Source: Candidatus Tectimicrobiota bacterium (GTDB lineage: Bacteria; JACPUC01). From it: 37,922 nt of DNA. Made by a program: the position numbers and the translations under genes. Within the stretch, counting starts at the first letter, position 1, and every line of letters begins with the position of its first letter. Below the pieces are notes generated by a model. The model did no database searches. It saw only the letters and a list, made by a program, of their open reading frames with translations, and had not been told where the DNA came from. Below, in pieces: positions 29,240 through 37,784 of the stretch. The stretch covers positions 62,001 to 99,922 of the forward strand of contig JACPUC010000015.1 in assembly GCA_016192455.1 (NCBI GenBank), given 5' to 3'.

Positions 29240-30475
29240 TTAGCGGGATGCCGCGTCGCTGGTCGTTGTGGGAGTGCCGCTTCGACTCGCGGTAGGGTGG
29301 TCCCCCCCCCCGCTCCTGCCGGCAACGTCGACACGGTGGCGCAGGGTCTCCGCGAGGAGCACCCGCGCGTAGGCCTCGTCACGAACGATGTCGCCGAAAC
29401 TCGCCCGCAACTCTTCGATGATGGCCTGCGCCGCGAGACCGCGGCGACAGCCGTCAAGAACCGCCGCGTCGATCCGACCGCGCTCGTTCAGCAGCGGCCG
29501 CCAGTCATCCCCCTGCCGTCCCAGCGACTCCTCCGTGCAGAGGATTGATGCGAACGAGTCATGGTTGCGGACCGCTACCACCGTTGGAGACGCCGCCCCG
29601 TCCGAGGATCGAAGCTGCCGCACCCTCCACTTCCAGATTATGTCGATCCAGGGAAAAGTTGCAAGCTCGACATGCAAACGATCTCCCGCCGCCGCGGCGA
29701 GGGGTGGGGAGATCGGAAAGAAGGCTTGCTGCCATGCGGTCGCCGTGAACTGCGGGTGGTTCGAGAGGACAAGGCCCTCAAGGAGGCGCAAATCGAACCA
29801 CCCCAGCAGACCATGCACCTCGGCGGCGCGCGGCACCTCGAAGCTCAGGCTGGCGGAGAAGTGCCCCGTGGTCGCCTCGCGCAGGCGCAGGCGATGAACC
29901 TCCCCCGGCGTCGCCACCAGCTCGGCGGCGGAAAATGCCCGGTAGATCGGCTTGCCGTAGATGGTGGCGAGCAGCGGCTGCGGCTCGATTCCCAGCTTGC
30001 TCACCAGCCGCACGGGGCGCTCAAGCTCGGCGTAGAACTCCGGGGTGCTGACCGGCGCCATGAAGAGCACCACCTCCTCGGGGAGGAACTTCCCCGTCGG
30101 CTTCAGAAGCCGCTCCCGGCAGCCGAGGATGACCTCGTCAACGGAGGCGTGCAGAAAAAAGGGGTCGAAGTGCTCCGTCACCAGGAGATCGACCGGCTCC
30201 GGCAGGCGCACCGAGCGCGCATCCTCCTGCACGAAGGTGATGCGCTCCGCCCAGCCATTGGCCCGCGCCAGCTCGCGGGCCTTGCCGATCACGTCGTGCG
30301 GCTCGATGGCATAGACGCGCTCGGCGCCCGCAGCGCAGGCGAAGAAGGCGAACGTCCCCAGCCCCGTGCCGATCTCGGCGACGGTCTGGCCGCGCAAGTC
30401 GAGACGCTGGAAGGCCTCGCGGAAAGCGCCCAGCCGGCGCTCGTCCTGCCACATGCGCAAATAGTACTCAAGCAT
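29240..30475 (-). CDS. PRMT-fold SAM-dependent methyltransferase with PqqD/RRE-like C-terminal domain
   Basis: ATG at 30475 overlaps the kinase stop. YLRMWQDERRLGAFREA, VAEIGTGLG, AGAERVYAIE, VDLLVTE, RLLKPTG, HGLLGWFD, TAWQQ. Tail LNERGRIDAAVLDG...AIIEELRASF. Confidence 0.82.
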   Translation of the reverse strand: MLEYYLRMWQDERRLGAFREAFQRLDLRGQTVAEIGTGLGTFAFFACAAGAERVYAIEPHDVIGKARELARANGWAERITFVQEDARSVRLPEPVDLLVTEHFDPFFLHASVDEVILGCRERLLKPTGKFLPEEVVLFMAPVSTPEFYAELERPVRLVSKLGIEPQPLLATIYGKPIYRAFSAAELVATPGEVHRLRLREATTGHFSASLSFEVPRAAEVHGLLGWFDLRLLEGLVLSNHPQFTATAWQQAFFPISPPLAAAAGDRLHVELATFPWIDIIWKWRVRQLRSSDGAASPTVVAVRNHDSFASILCTEESLGRQGDDWRPLLNERGRIDAAVLDGCRRGLAAQAIIEELRASFGDIVRDEAYARVLLAETLRHRVDVAGRSGGGDHPTASRSGTPTTTSDAASR

Positions 30476-31325
30476 GGAGCACGCTCTCCACGCATGCCAC
30501 GGCGTCTCGCAGGGATGAGGCCGTGATCTCGTACGCGGGCGCCGACTCCGCCAGGCGCGCCAGCGCCGAGACCCCCGCGAAGCCGTGTCCCGCAAGGTTG
30601 AGCGTCTGGCTCAGGAGACGTCCAAAAACCTCCTCGAGCGGCAGCAGCTCAATCCGTCTGGCGCTCTCCGCACGGTAGGCGGGGAAGATGAGGAGGTAGG
30701 GCGCGGCGACTTCCCGTGTGGGCGCCTGCTGGAACGACCCAGGAGCCGGAAGGTAGCGGCGCGTGCCGTCATCCTTCGTGTAGGCGTAACTGAGCGTCGC
30801 CGCCGGCCACACCGCGCGCACCTCCTTGAGCGCGGCCTCCCTGATGAAGATGCCGCGTCGGAAGGGGATCACCGCGAGCCGTTCGGGGTGCAGGAAGAGC
30901 AGCTCGTCGGCCACATACTCGAAGCCGCGCCCCAGCAAGCCGGCGAGCAGCGTCGTCTTGCCGGCGCGGGGGCCTCCCAGGACGAGGATGGTGCGTCGCC
31001 CCCCGCGGCTCACCCCCCCTCCGTGGAGCTGCAACAGGTCTGGACGCGCCTCCATGGCGTACGTGCCGAAGGCAAGGTCCACCTCGTAGAGGGCTTCTTC
31101 CAGCGTCTCGGTCTGGAGACGCTGCAACTTCTGGTCCACGATGCGCCAGCGCTCACCCTTGGCGCACGCCGCTTCCGTAAGGCGCATCACCTCAATCATT
31201 GGACAATCGCATGGCTCAGGTGGTTCTCGCTCGTACTCCCCATAGAGCTGAGAGAGCCGCGCGACAAAAGATGGGCTGTTCGTCCTGAGCGCAATTTGCC
31301 GATCCGCAACCCGGAAGATCGTCAT
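30468..31325 (-). CDS. HPr kinase-like P-loop protein, copy 1
   Basis: Start at 31325 inferred from the paralog (IFRVADRQIALRTNS vs IFWLAGCKVELRTNS). QLHGGGV...LVLGGPRAGKTTL...YVADELLFL. Confidence 0.82.
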   Translation of the reverse strand: MTIFRVADRQIALRTNSPSFVARLSQLYGEYEREPPEPCDCPMIEVMRLTEAACAKGERWRIVDQKLQRLQTETLEEALYEVDLAFGTYAMEARPDLLQLHGGGVSRGGRRTILVLGGPRAGKTTLLAGLLGRGFEYVADELLFLHPERLAVIPFRRGIFIREAALKEVRAVWPAATLSYAYTKDDGTRRYLPAPGSFQQAPTREVAAPYLLIFPAYRAESARRIELLPLEEVFGRLLSQTLNLAGHGFAGVSALARLAESAPAYEITASSLRDAVACVESVLHA

Positions 31326-31620
31326 AGATGCAATCCCGTCACGCCTGACCATGCTCCCGGGTCCATGCGCCGCGACCCCCTGCCGGCCAAGTTCATGGCG
31401 GACTGGTAAGGCCACGTGGGGTCCTCACGTTCACTACATCGTACTCTCCTGTCACAACTCAATATATGGCCAATCATTCTGAGTTGGGTATCCCCCGGCG
31501 GCAAGTGATGTGACAATCGGCCCCGCGCCCCGGCGGATCACGCCTGGTCGCCTTGGCTGGCCGCCGGCACTGGCTTACAGCGGCAGCGAAGCGACGCGAG
31601 ATGGGGAACAGCAGGCAGGA

Positions 31621-32787
31621 CTACGGACGTTTCCCTGGCTGGCCGGGAGCGGGCTTCGTCGCCTTCTTTCCCCCCGGTAGGAGCTCGTACAGCCGCGCCA
31701 GCAGGTACCCCCAGGGCTGGCGGCGCAGCTTCTCGAGGTTCTCCGGCGCGGGGTGGAGGAGGAGCCGCAGGGGCCATCCCCAGCGTTGCCAGCGACGCGA
31801 GGTGGAGAGGCAGACCTCCAGCCAGGGGCCAAGGATCTCGCTGCTCCGGCCGCGCAGGGACGGCAGCATGAGCCTCGCCGCCAGCCACTCCATGAGGCGC
31901 TCCTCGATGGCGCTGAGGTGCGGAAACCTGCTGAGATCCTGAAGGACGCCGTCTGGGATGGGCACCCCAAGGAGGCGCTGGGCGAGGCGAAGGTAGAGGC
32001 GACAGTACGCGCCCACCCGGTAGGCGTTGGCGCGCTGGACGAAGGCTGGCCAGTCAAGGCGGCAGCGCTCGAGGATGGCCGCGGCGTCACAGAGACTGTA
32101 GAGGTGTCCCACGCACGCATCCATGTAGGTTGCATGCAGGGCGGCGTGCAGGAGGAGGTCTTCCGCGGCGAAGCGGCGGCCGGGCTGCGCCGCGATGAGG
32201 CAGGGCGAGGCGCGCTCCCACACCTCCCCGCTCCTGATGGCATGTCCGGGCGGGGGGCTGACGAAGGCCAGGTGCACCTCCACCGGGCTGCGCCGCTGCG
32301 GGTGCACAAAGCCGGGAAGCTGGTGCGGGGTGGTGTGAGGGCGCCGGCGCAGGGGGATGTCGGTCTTCATGACGTAGCCGAGGCTCTTCAGCAGCTCGGT
32401 TGTTCTTGCCGCATCCGGGGGGGCGATGAGGAGGTCGATGTCCTCCATGCAGCGCGTGCCGATGTCCTCATAGACGCTTTCCAGGAGGGCGGCTCCCTTC
32501 AAGACGACGACCGGGATGCGGTGCGCGGCGAGCGTCGCGAGGAGCCCCCCCAGCTCATGGAGGAGCGCGACATTGGCGCCGAGGGTGCTATAGTAGAGCG
32601 CCTCGATCTCCCGCAGGTGCTGCGGAAGAATGCGCACCGAGGGATGCGCGGCGAGGCGGCGATAGAGGAGCGGCGCAACGCGCAACGACGCCGCCAGCTT
32701 GACGACCTCCGCCGTGATCGAAAGCCGGAGGCCGGGCGGCAGCTCCCGTCGGAGAGCCTGGAGGAGGCGCCGCCTTGCCTGCTTCAT
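31621..32787 (-). CDS. Nucleotidyltransferase family protein (NTP_transf_5-like)
   Basis: ATG at 32787 after AGGAGGAG. VVVLKGAAL...Y.....R.MEDIDLLI, VEVH, EDLLLHAALHA, LCDAA motifs. Confidence 0.88.
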   Translation of the reverse strand: MKQARRRLLQALRRELPPGLRLSITAEVVKLAASLRVAPLLYRRLAAHPSVRILPQHLREIEALYYSTLGANVALLHELGGLLATLAAHRIPVVVLKGAALLESVYEDIGTRCMEDIDLLIAPPDAARTTELLKSLGYVMKTDIPLRRRPHTTPHQLPGFVHPQRRSPVEVHLAFVSPPPGHAIRSGEVWERASPCLIAAQPGRRFAAEDLLLHAALHATYMDACVGHLYSLCDAAAILERCRLDWPAFVQRANAYRVGAYCRLYLRLAQRLLGVPIPDGVLQDLSRFPHLSAIEERLMEWLAARLMLPSLRGRSSEILGPWLEVCLSTSRRWQRWGWPLRLLLHPAPENLEKLRRQPWGYLLARLYELLPGGKKATKPAPGQPGKRP

Positions 32788-33213
32788 ACCGCTCCTCCTG
32801 GCTGGCAGGCATGGCGCGGGGGCGGCCACGACGCTCCCCGCGCGACCGCCCGCTCTTTCCTCACCATGGTGAGCAGTATAGCGCAGGTTAAAGGAAAGGC
32901 GCAGGCTCGGCTCGCCGGCGCCGGTATTTTTCACTGACTCCTGGGCTCCTCCGGACCTGCTGGATTCCTGTTTCTCCTGCCAGCCCGGTGATTGGTGGTT
33001 GTCCTCCCCGCGGCGAGGCAGCAGAATGGCGCGGCGTCAAGCGCGAGCGGCAGAGCAAGCCAGGCGGGTTGAGCCAGTCGGATCGACCCATCCGCGGCGG
33101 ACTCCTGGCGAGCCTGGCGTGGACCGCCATGGCGAGCGGCAGGCCGCGGCGGCCTCTCAGTCACCATCCCGGCGGGCGACACGCCTGGGCGGCGCCCCCA
33201 AGTCGTGCGCTTC

Positions 33214-33837
33214 ATGAGCAGCCCACTCTCCCCGCCGCAGCTTATTCTGGCGAGCCGCTCGCCACGGCGCCTCAAGATGCTGCGCCAGATCGGCCTGCGC
33301 TGCCGCGTGCGCGCCGCAACCGCGGTGGATGAAACCCCGCGGCAGGGCGAACCGCCCCACGCGCACGTGCAGCGGCTCGCGCTGGCGAAGGCCAGCGAGG
33401 TGGCGGCGCGCTTCCCTCGCGCCTTCGTCCTTGGAGCCGATACCATCGTGGTGCTCGAGGGGCGCCTCCTCGGCAAGCCGCGCGATGCCGCGGACGCCGC
33501 GGCGATGCTGCGCCTCCTCAGCGGACGCACCCACGTGGTCTATACCGGTCTGGCACTGCTCCGCGCCGACCCCGCCGTCCAGGAGGTGGCCTATGCCGCA
33601 ACCCGGGTGACGTTTCGCACCCTTCACGAAGAGGAGGTTCTGGCCTACGTGGCGACCGGCGAACCCCTCGACAAGGCGGGCGCCTATGGCATCCAGGGGC
33701 GGGCGGCTCTCTTCGTGGAACGCATCGACGGCTGCTACGCAAACGTCGTGGGGCTGCCGCTGGCGCTGCTGGCGCAGCTCCTGCAACGGGTCGGCGTCCG
33801 CTGGTGGAGCCACCTGCTTGCCGAGCCTGCCACGTGA
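33214..33837 (+). CDS. maf: Maf family nucleoside triphosphate pyrophosphatase
   Basis: LILASRSPRR, VDE, LALAKA, LGADTIV, LGKP, LSGRTH, EPLDKAGAYGIQG, NVVGLPL. Confidence 0.95.
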   Translation: MSSPLSPPQLILASRSPRRLKMLRQIGLRCRVRAATAVDETPRQGEPPHAHVQRLALAKASEVAARFPRAFVLGADTIVVLEGRLLGKPRDAADAAAMLRLLSGRTHVVYTGLALLRADPAVQEVAYAATRVTFRTLHEEEVLAYVATGEPLDKAGAYGIQGRAALFVERIDGCYANVVGLPLALLAQLLQRVGVRWWSHLLAEPAT

Positions 33838-33843
33838 GGCCGA

Positions 33844-34050
33844 CCCGCGTGCTGTTTCTCAATTGAGATCGCATAACTTTGCGAGGGAGCATCGCCCCCT
33901 CGCGCACCCCGCCTTGTAGAGGCGGTTCGCGAACCGCCCCTACGGGATGGGGGTGTGGGGGAGCACGGGTTCCCCACAAGAGCTCCCCTCCCCCACATGG
34001 CGCAAAGAAGGCGTTGAATTGAGGATGGAACTTGTGCGACGTAACCCTGG
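33844..34050. mobile_element. ~200-bp MITE-like element, copy 2 (inverted), containing a REP palindrome
   Basis: Reverse complement is colinear with 16164-16364 (GTTACGTCRCACAARTTCCATCCT...CCCCACACCCCCA...GGGGTGCGCGAGGGGGCGAKGCTCCCTCGCAAA...GAAACAGCAC). REP GTAGAGGCGGTTCGCGAACCGCCCCTAC at 33916-33943. Confidence 0.72.
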
Positions 34051-34102
34051 CCAAGCGGCAGGCGTGGGAGCTGACCCACCTCGTTGCAACCCCAGCAAAA
34101 CC

Positions 34103-34131
34103 TTGACCCTCCAGGGGCCGTACCCTATACT
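34103..34131 (+). promoter_or_regulatory. sigma70-type promoter of cysE-iscS-iscU
   Basis: TTGACC (34103-34108), 17 nt, TATACT (34126-34131). Confidence 0.7.
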
Positions 34132-34203
34132 TGAGTGCAGTGATCGGAAGCTCAGCCGCCAACTGGTCGTCTCGGAGAGACCTGAAAAGAGAAGGGGGTC
34201 GGC

Positions 34204-34872
34204 GTGGTTCGCAGTCTGCGCCGGGATATTCAAGCCGCCCTGGAGCGTGATCCAGCGGCGCGCAACTGGCTCGAGGTCGTCTTCTGCTACCCGGGGTTTC
34301 ATGCCCTCCTCTTCTACCGCGTCTCGCACTGGTTCTGGCAGCAGCGCCTCTGCCTGCTGGCGCGGTGGTTCTCCCATCTGGGGCGCTTCTTCACCGGCAT
34401 TGAGATCCACCCGGCGGCCAAGCTCGGAGCGGGGTTGTTCATCGACCACGGCATGGGCGTCGTGATCGGCGAAACGGCCGAGGTCGGGGAAAACTGCACC
34501 CTCTACCACGGGGTGACGCTGGGCGGGACGCGGCTGGCGAAGGAGAAGCGGCATCCCACCGTGGGGGATAATGTCGTCATCGGCGTGGGGGCCAAGGTCC
34601 TCGGCAACCTGAAGATCGGCGATAACAGCCGTATTGGGGCGAACTCCGTGGTCATCCGGGATGTGCCGCCCAACTCGACGGCGGTCGGCATCCCCAGCAA
34701 GGTGGTTGAGAGAGAAGTGTCCGATCAGTCTCCCGCCATCGACCTCAACCATGCTGACCTGCCGGACCTGCAGGCGGCGAAGATCGCCCACCTCATGCAG
34801 CGCGTCGAGGAGCTCGAGCTCGAGATGGCGCGCCTGCAACAGGCGCAGAACGCCTCCTGGCGCGCCTCCTAG
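34204..34872 (+). CDS. cysE: Serine O-acetyltransferase
   Basis: [11 protein letters not shown]...[36 protein letters not shown]...KRHPT, hexapeptide repeats. Confidence 0.96.
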   Translation: MVRSLRRDIQAALERDPAARNWLEVVFCYPGFHALLFYRVSHWFWQQRLCLLARWFSHLGRFFTGIEIHPAAKLGAGLFIDHGMGVVIGETAEVGENCTLYHGVTLGGTRLAKEKRHPTVGDNVVIGVGAKVLGNLKIGDNSRIGANSVVIRDVPPNSTAVGIPSKVVEREVSDQSPAIDLNHADLPDLQAAKIAHLMQRVEELELEMARLQQAQNASWRAS

Positions 34873-35003
34873 GCGACGGCCGGGATGCGCTGAGTGCTGA
34901 GGGAGGCGCCGACCTCGGCAACGAGTCGCTTGCCCGCGCCGCCTTGGCGGAAGGGGCTGTGTGCGGAGCCACGCAGGCAGCCGCTGAGTAGGATACGGGT
35001 TCC

Positions 35004-36200
35004 GTGCGCCTGATCTACCTGGACCATAATGCCACGACCCCCGTCCGTCCCGAGGTGCTGGAGGCGATGCTGCCGTACCTGCGCGAGCACTACGGCAACG
35101 CCTCGAGCCTGCACACCTTCGGGCGCACCGCCCGCAAGGCGGTCGAGGAGGCCCGCGGTCGGCTCGCCCACCTCATCCACGCCGAACCGGACGACCTGGT
35201 GTTCACCGGCTGCGGCAGCGAAGCCGACAGCATGGCGCTCAAAGGCGTGGCGTTCGCCAACCGCCGGCACGGCTCCCACCTCGTCACCACGAACGTCGAG
35301 CACCAGGCGGTGCTCGATACCTGCCGCTACCTCGCGGAACGTTTCGGCTTCGAGGTGACCTACCTGCCCGTTGACGCGGCCGGGCTCCTGCGCCTCGATG
35401 ATCTGCGCCAGGCGTTGCGCCCCGACACCATCCTCGTCAGCATCATGCACGCCAACAACGAGGTCGGCGTCATCCAGCCCCTCGACGCGTGCGCCGACGT
35501 GGTGCGGGATTTCAGCCAGCAGATCGGCCGCCGGGTTTACCTGCATAGCGATTGTGTGCAATCCCTCGGTAAGCTCCCCATCGATGTTCGCCGCCTCGAC
35601 GTGGACCTGCTGACCTTCTCCGGCCATAAGCTCTATGCGCCAAAGGGCGTGGGCGCCCTCTACGTGCGCGAGGCGACGGTGATGGACGCCCTCATCAACG
35701 GCGGTCACCAGGAGCTCAATCGTCGGGGGGGTACGGAGAACGTGGCCGGGATCGTGGCCCTCGGAGCAGCCTGCGCGCTGGCCGAGGCGGAGATGGGCGC
35801 GGAAGCCAGGCGACTCGCCGCCCTGCGTGACCGCCTGGAAGCGGGCATCCTCGGCGCCATCCCCGAGGCGCGGGTGAACGGCGACGCCGCGCCCCGCCTG
35901 CCGAACACCTTGAACCTCAGTATCGCCGGCGTGGATGGCGAGTCGCTCCTCATTAACCTTGACCTCGAGGGCATCGCCGTTTCCACCGGCTCGGCGTGCA
36001 GCTCAGGCAGCGTCGAGCCCTCGCACGTGCTGCGCGCCATGGGGGTGGACAAGGAGTACATCCGCGGCTCGGTGCGCCTCTCCTTGGGGCATGGCACGAG
36101 CGCGGCGGACGTTGACGCGACCCTTGAGGTCATGACCCGGGTGGTGGAGCGGATGCGACAGCTCTCGCCCCAGTGGGAGGATGCCCGAGCCCTGCGCTGA
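35004..36200 (+). CDS. iscS: Cysteine desulfurase (group I, IscS/NifS)
   Basis: IYLDHNATTP, YGNASSLH, VEH, ANNEVG, SGHKLYAPKG (PLP lysine), RGGTEN, STGSACSS (catalytic Cys). Confidence 0.95.
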   Translation: MRLIYLDHNATTPVRPEVLEAMLPYLREHYGNASSLHTFGRTARKAVEEARGRLAHLIHAEPDDLVFTGCGSEADSMALKGVAFANRRHGSHLVTTNVEHQAVLDTCRYLAERFGFEVTYLPVDAAGLLRLDDLRQALRPDTILVSIMHANNEVGVIQPLDACADVVRDFSQQIGRRVYLHSDCVQSLGKLPIDVRRLDVDLLTFSGHKLYAPKGVGALYVREATVMDALINGGHQELNRRGGTENVAGIVALGAACALAEAEMGAEARRLAALRDRLEAGILGAIPEARVNGDAAPRLPNTLNLSIAGVDGESLLINLDLEGIAVSTGSACSSGSVEPSHVLRAMGVDKEYIRGSVRLSLGHGTSAADVDATLEVMTRVVERMRQLSPQWEDARALR

Positions 36201-36413
36201 GGAGCAGGCTGCGGCGTCTGCCTCCCTGGGTCCATCGCGGCGCCTCGATTGTCATCTTGCTGCATCGCCGGGAGACGGTGGCGGCGGCGGGAGCAGGCGA
36301 GGGTAGAAGCCCCCACACGCCGGCGCCGCGACTGACTGGTGGCGGGCGTGGGTGTCCTGAGAGGGTGCACCGCTGAGTGCAGCAACGTTCCCGACACGTG
36401 ACGAGAGGCGGCC

Positions 36414-36779
36414 ATGCTCACCGATGAAGTCCTGTACCATTTCAAGAACCCACAGCACCAGGGCAGCATCGAGGATGCGGAGATCGTGGCCTCGGTGGTG
36501 AATCCGGCCTGCGGCGACACGCTCAAGGTGTACGTCAAGCTCGATGGCGACAGGATCACGGACGCGAAGTACAAAATCTACGGCTGCGCCGCGGCCGTGG
36601 CGGCGAGTTCCGTGGTCACCGGCATGCTCATTGGCAAAACCCTGAGCGAGATCGAGTCGATCAAGCGCGAGCAGGTCTCCGACGCACTTGGCGGTCTCTC
36701 CCCCACCCACGCCCACACCGCGGTGCTGGCGGAGGATGCGGTCAAGGCCATCCTGCGCACGCAGCGCGAAAAATCCTAG
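36414..36779 (+). CDS. iscU: IscU/NifU-N Fe-S scaffold-like protein (atypical)
   Basis: HFKNP..G, NPACGD, YGCAAAVAASS, ALGGL and LAEDA motifs. The third Cys is replaced by Thr. Confidence 0.85.
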   Translation: MLTDEVLYHFKNPQHQGSIEDAEIVASVVNPACGDTLKVYVKLDGDRITDAKYKIYGCAAAVAASSVVTGMLIGKTLSEIESIKREQVSDALGGLSPTHAHTAVLAEDAVKAILRTQREKS

Positions 36780-36944
36780 CGGCGCTCCTGCCGTGTGCAG
36801 TCTCCCTCTCCGTCGGCGCAGTCTGAGCGGCGCGGCGAATCCGGCTGCGCCCCAGTGGGCTGCGCTTCCTTCACCCCCAGCCGCGACCAACGTGCGCGCC
36901 CCGGCGCTGCTCTTGCTCGCACCGACTGACGGCGAGCGCCCCGG

Positions 36945-37397
36945 TCAGTAGCGGCCGGCGAAGAAGTCGTCGAGAATCTCCGCGTGATCAAAGGCCAGGG
37001 GGCGAGGGAGGGTTTCGGCCCCGAACAGGCCGATGGCGGCGGCGTCGCTGGCGGCGCGGGGGCTGCCGTGGGCTGTGGCGAGGAAGACGACGGAGAGCGT
37101 GTGCTGGCGAGGATCGCGCCCAGGGCGTGAGTAGGTGTGGAACTGCCGCAGCAGGTGGACCTGCAGCGAGGTCTCCTCCAGGGCTTCCCGCGCCGCCGCG
37201 TCCTCCGCCGATTCGCCGTAGTCCACGAAGCCGCCTGGGATGGCCCAGCCGTACGGCTCGTTGCGCCGCTCAATGAGCACGATGCCGCGGCGGCCCTCCG
37301 GCGTTACGCAGTCGATGAGGATATCCACGGTGGGGATGGGGTTGCGGAACCTCTCCACCGCGGCGCCGCAGGCGGGGCAGGTGATCGTCGTGCGCAT
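36945..37397 (-). CDS. NUDIX hydrolase with N-terminal CxxC
   Basis: Nudix box [40 protein letters not shown]. Confidence 0.93.
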   Translation of the reverse strand: MRTTITCPACGAAVERFRNPIPTVDILIDCVTPEGRRGIVLIERRNEPYGWAIPGGFVDYGESAEDAAAREALEETSLQVHLLRQFHTYSRPGRDPRQHTLSVVFLATAHGSPRAASDAAAIGLFGAETLPRPLAFDHAEILDDFFAGRY

Positions 37398-37478
37398 GGG
37401 CGAGGTCTCCGCCGCGTTGCGAGGGCGGCAGGTGGGTCCGCGGCAGGACCAGCCGGGCCGCGCTGTGCGGGGGCTTGA

Positions 37479-37784
37479 TCAACCCGGCATGGAGGATTGC
37501 AGGCTGCCGTCGTCCAGCAGTGCGAGCACCAGGCTGGCAAGGTTGGCGCCGGCGCGCTCGGCGTTGCGCGACAAGGTGCCCCAGGATTCCCGCCAGGCAG
37601 GGTCCCGCCCATCCTCTGCCGGCGCTGTTTCGGCCGGCTCTGGTGGGCCCACGGTGGTGGAGTCGGAGGACCTGCCGGCGCCAGCCGTTTCCTCCAGCGG
37701 CCCCTCTGATGGCTCCCCCGGCGGCGGGTCAGGCGCCGCGGTGAGCGCGCTGCGCCGCTGGCCGTCGGTCGGGGGGCGCGGCAC
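37479..37784 (-). CDS. Hypothetical ORF, possibly the 3' remnant of a gene cut by the IS
   Basis: The frame begins exactly at the CTAG junction of the IS. Low-complexity N-part and a helical C-part (LSRNAERAGANLASLVLALL). Confidence 0.3.
   Translation of the reverse strand: MPRPPTDGQRRSALTAAPDPPPGEPSEGPLEETAGAGRSSDSTTVGPPEPAETAPAEDGRDPAWRESWGTLSRNAERAGANLASLVLALLDDGSLQSSMPG

Noticed and set aside
27245-32787. Classical lasso peptide cluster
   Set aside because: No lasso cyclase or B2 peptidase in the window, no Thr at -2, and the cores lack an Asp/Glu at positions 7-9 for a macrolactam.
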